DNA from: an uncultured bacterium
Lineage (GTDB): Bacteria; Myxococcota_A; Polyangia; Polyangiales; Houyiibacteriaceae
NCBI GenBank assembly: GCA_938024995.1
Contig: CALJDU010000006.1
Coordinates: 83,052 to 147,051, forward strand
Direction of reading: 5' to 3'
DNA length: 64,000 bases
Part shown: positions 62,264 to 64,000 of the stretch, piece after piece
How positions within the stretch are numbered: position 1 is the stretch's first letter
Layout of the letters: the number at the start of each line of letters is the position of its first letter
Made by a program: the position numbers and the translations under genes
The notes under the pieces: model-generated
Seen by the model: only the letters and a program-made list of their open reading frames with translations
Databases searched by the model: none
Told to the model about the DNA's origin: nothing

Positions 62264-62982
62264 GCGCGCTTCCTCAGCTCGATCACGCCGTCGTTCTTCC
62301 GCACGTCGTAAGTGAACGCTTCGGTCGAGCGACGCGCGCTCACGTGGAGCGTGCGCAAGAAGCGTCCCGCGGGATGCGAGAGCGTGATCCGCAAGCGCTG
62401 CAGAACCGCTCGTCGTACCCAACCGTATTCGTGCTTCACGGGCCCGAACGTGTGGTCGTTGTCGAGCGGAGCGTGGACTGTGGTCGAGATCTCCGCGATG
62501 AACCCAAAGCGCCAAACCGCGTCGAGCCGGAGCCGCCGTCCGTCGCACCACTCCGGATGGGTAAAGGCGAAGCGCTGCGTGAAAACGAGCCGCTCGAATG
62601 CGTCCGCGTCCGACGCTCGCTGCGTCTGCGTGGCCTTGATCCCCGCGCGGATCACGATCGCGCGCGGGTCGCCTTCCTGCTCGAGCCAGTCCGCGTAGAC
62701 CTCGTACGGCTCGACGTTCTCAGGGTCCTCCGCGATTTGAACGAGCAGCGCGTCGTTGTCGACCTGGTGGAGGGCGTAGCCTTTGCGCATGAGGTGACGG
62801 ACGCGCGTCCCGAGGTGATCGAAGTCGCCGGAGACTCGCGTCGTGGATTCGCGAAGCGCGTGGCCCACACGTCCAAAGCGATGCGTCAGCTGATCCGCGT
62901 GCCTCTCGACGATCAGCGCAGACTCGCCGCGCCGAAGCGCGACGTGCTCATCGTCAGGTCCTGTGTGGTCGCCGCGCGTCAT
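62260..62982 (-). CDS. TIGR02996 (repeat-companion core) domain protein, paralog 2
   Basis: YEVYADWLEQEGDPRAIVIRAGIKAT; ~45% identical to paralog 1 over the whole length. Confidence 0.5.
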   Translation of the reverse strand: MTRGDHTGPDDEHVALRRGESALIVERHADQLTHRFGRVGHALRESTTRVSGDFDHLGTRVRHLMRKGYALHQVDNDALLVQIAEDPENVEPYEVYADWLEQEGDPRAIVIRAGIKATQTQRASDADAFERLVFTQRFAFTHPEWCDGRRLRLDAVWRFGFIAEISTTVHAPLDNDHTFGPVKHEYGWVRRAVLQRLRITLSHPAGRFLRTLHVSARRSTEAFTYDVRKNDGVIELRKRA

Positions 62983-63037
62983 CGCCGGTTGAACGTTCGC
63001 ACGCGTTCGATCGACGTCAACGTTCGCGCGTCGCGTT

Positions 63038-63982
63038 CTAACGGATCGCCGCGAGGACTTGGGGGAGGCGCGCGAGGAGGTCCTCGCTGAGGAACGGGGG
63101 CTCGCCCGCGATGAGCTCGGCGTCTTCGATCTGGTAGGCGCTTCGCGCGCCGAGGACCGCGGTGGCGATCATGTCGTTGGCCAACACGAAGCGCATCGCG
63201 GCGGTGGTCATACTGTGGACGTCGCCGCGCACGAGGAAGCGGAGCTGGTTGACCTCGCGGACGCGGATGCGAAGCGCGTCACGGTTCCAGCGGTGCGAGC
63301 GATGGTCGTCCTCTTGAAAGCGCCGGGTCGCGGGCCAACGACCGGCGAGCAAACCGTGGAAGAGCGGGCTCCGCGCGATGACGCTGCAGCCTGCCTCTTT
63401 GAGCTCAAAGGAGAGGTCGTGGACCGCGTCGTGGTTGAGCAAGTTGTACGGGAGGCAGACCGCGTCGAGCTTCGCGTCGATCACCGCGCGCGCTTCATCG
63501 ACCGAGGCCACGCTCGCTCCGGCCGCGCCGATCTTCCCGTCGCGCTTGAGGGTCTCGAACGCTTCGCGATAGCCGTCCTGCTGGAGCTCATCTTCCGTCG
63601 GACCGTGAAGCAAGAAGACTTCGATGCGCTCACGATGAAGCCGACGCAGCGACGCCTCGCACTCTTCGATCAGCTCGTCCTTCTTGAACCCCCGACGCAC
63701 CTTCGCGCCGTCGACGGAGACGCCCGCGCGCGAAATGATCTGAACCTCTTCCGCTTCATCCTCGAGCTCGCGCAAAACGCGACCGACCACCTCTTCACTT
63801 CGGCCATGACCCCAGAGCGGCGCGACATCGATCGTGGTGACTCCGGTTCGGATCGCCGCGCGGACGACCCGCTCAAACCGCTCGTCTTCCACCACCCCGT
63901 ACGCATTGGCCGCGAGCCCGAAGGTCCCGAGCGAGACCTCACTAAGCTCAACCTTGGTGTTCCCCACGGGACGAGTGCGCAT
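63038..63982 (-). CDS. Aldo/keto reductase family oxidoreductase
   Basis: AKR fold motifs: …IDVAPLWGHGRSEE…, …LLHGP…, …KIGAAGASV…; ~314 aa. Confidence 0.75.
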   Translation of the reverse strand: MRTRPVGNTKVELSEVSLGTFGLAANAYGVVEDERFERVVRAAIRTGVTTIDVAPLWGHGRSEEVVGRVLRELEDEAEEVQIISRAGVSVDGAKVRRGFKKDELIEECEASLRRLHRERIEVFLLHGPTEDELQQDGYREAFETLKRDGKIGAAGASVASVDEARAVIDAKLDAVCLPYNLLNHDAVHDLSFELKEAGCSVIARSPLFHGLLAGRWPATRRFQEDDHRSHRWNRDALRIRVREVNQLRFLVRGDVHSMTTAAMRFVLANDMIATAVLGARSAYQIEDAELIAGEPPFLSEDLLARLPQVLAAIR

Positions 63983-64000
63983 GACCCTGTTGTAGACGCG

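Overview
High-GC (~68%) bacterial chromosomal window, most likely a myxobacterium-like deltaproteobacterium. This is inferred from the abundance of secreted lipoproteins with the LxxC|GDDD signal motif, FG-GAP/ASPIC proteins, a CarH-like regulator and TIGR02996 proteins. The window ends close to the replication origin: dnaA with upstream DnaA boxes lies at 60.0-61.5 kb. Positions 1-42.5 kb are ordinary, densely coded chromosome. They include a sulfur-detoxification cluster (split YeeE/YedE, a persulfide-dioxygenase-rhodanese fusion, a methyltransferase-DUF442 fusion) and a long translationally coupled operon of secreted lipoproteins followed by a GT39-like membrane glycosyltransferase. The lipoprotein operon encodes a VWA protein, a Cys-rich protein and two tandem CRTAC1-type FG-GAP/ASPIC proteins. 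Other genes in this stretch are housekeeping genes (glcD-like, NUDIX, pssA, moaDE, pabB-like, ruvC, AKR) and regulators. The most notable region is ~42.6-54.8 kb, a lower-GC block with almost no ordinary genes. It holds about 40 tRNA or tRNA-like genes reading codons for about 19-20 amino acids. Many of these have non-canonical D-arms but compensatory base changes between paralogs; there are tandem duplicates and pseudo-copies. They are interspersed with a high-copy hairpin-plus-conserved-tail repeat family. The block also encodes an HNH endonuclease, a collagen-repeat/fibrinogen-domain (ficolin-like) lipoprotein and a Ro60/TROVE-vWA (Rsr-like) RNA-binding protein. I read this block as a phage- or island-type tRNA gene array with an associated Ro60/Y-RNA-like RNA quality-control module. 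Two small MITE-like elements are scattered elsewhere in the window. tRNA coordinates were derived by hand and may be off by 1-2 nt.
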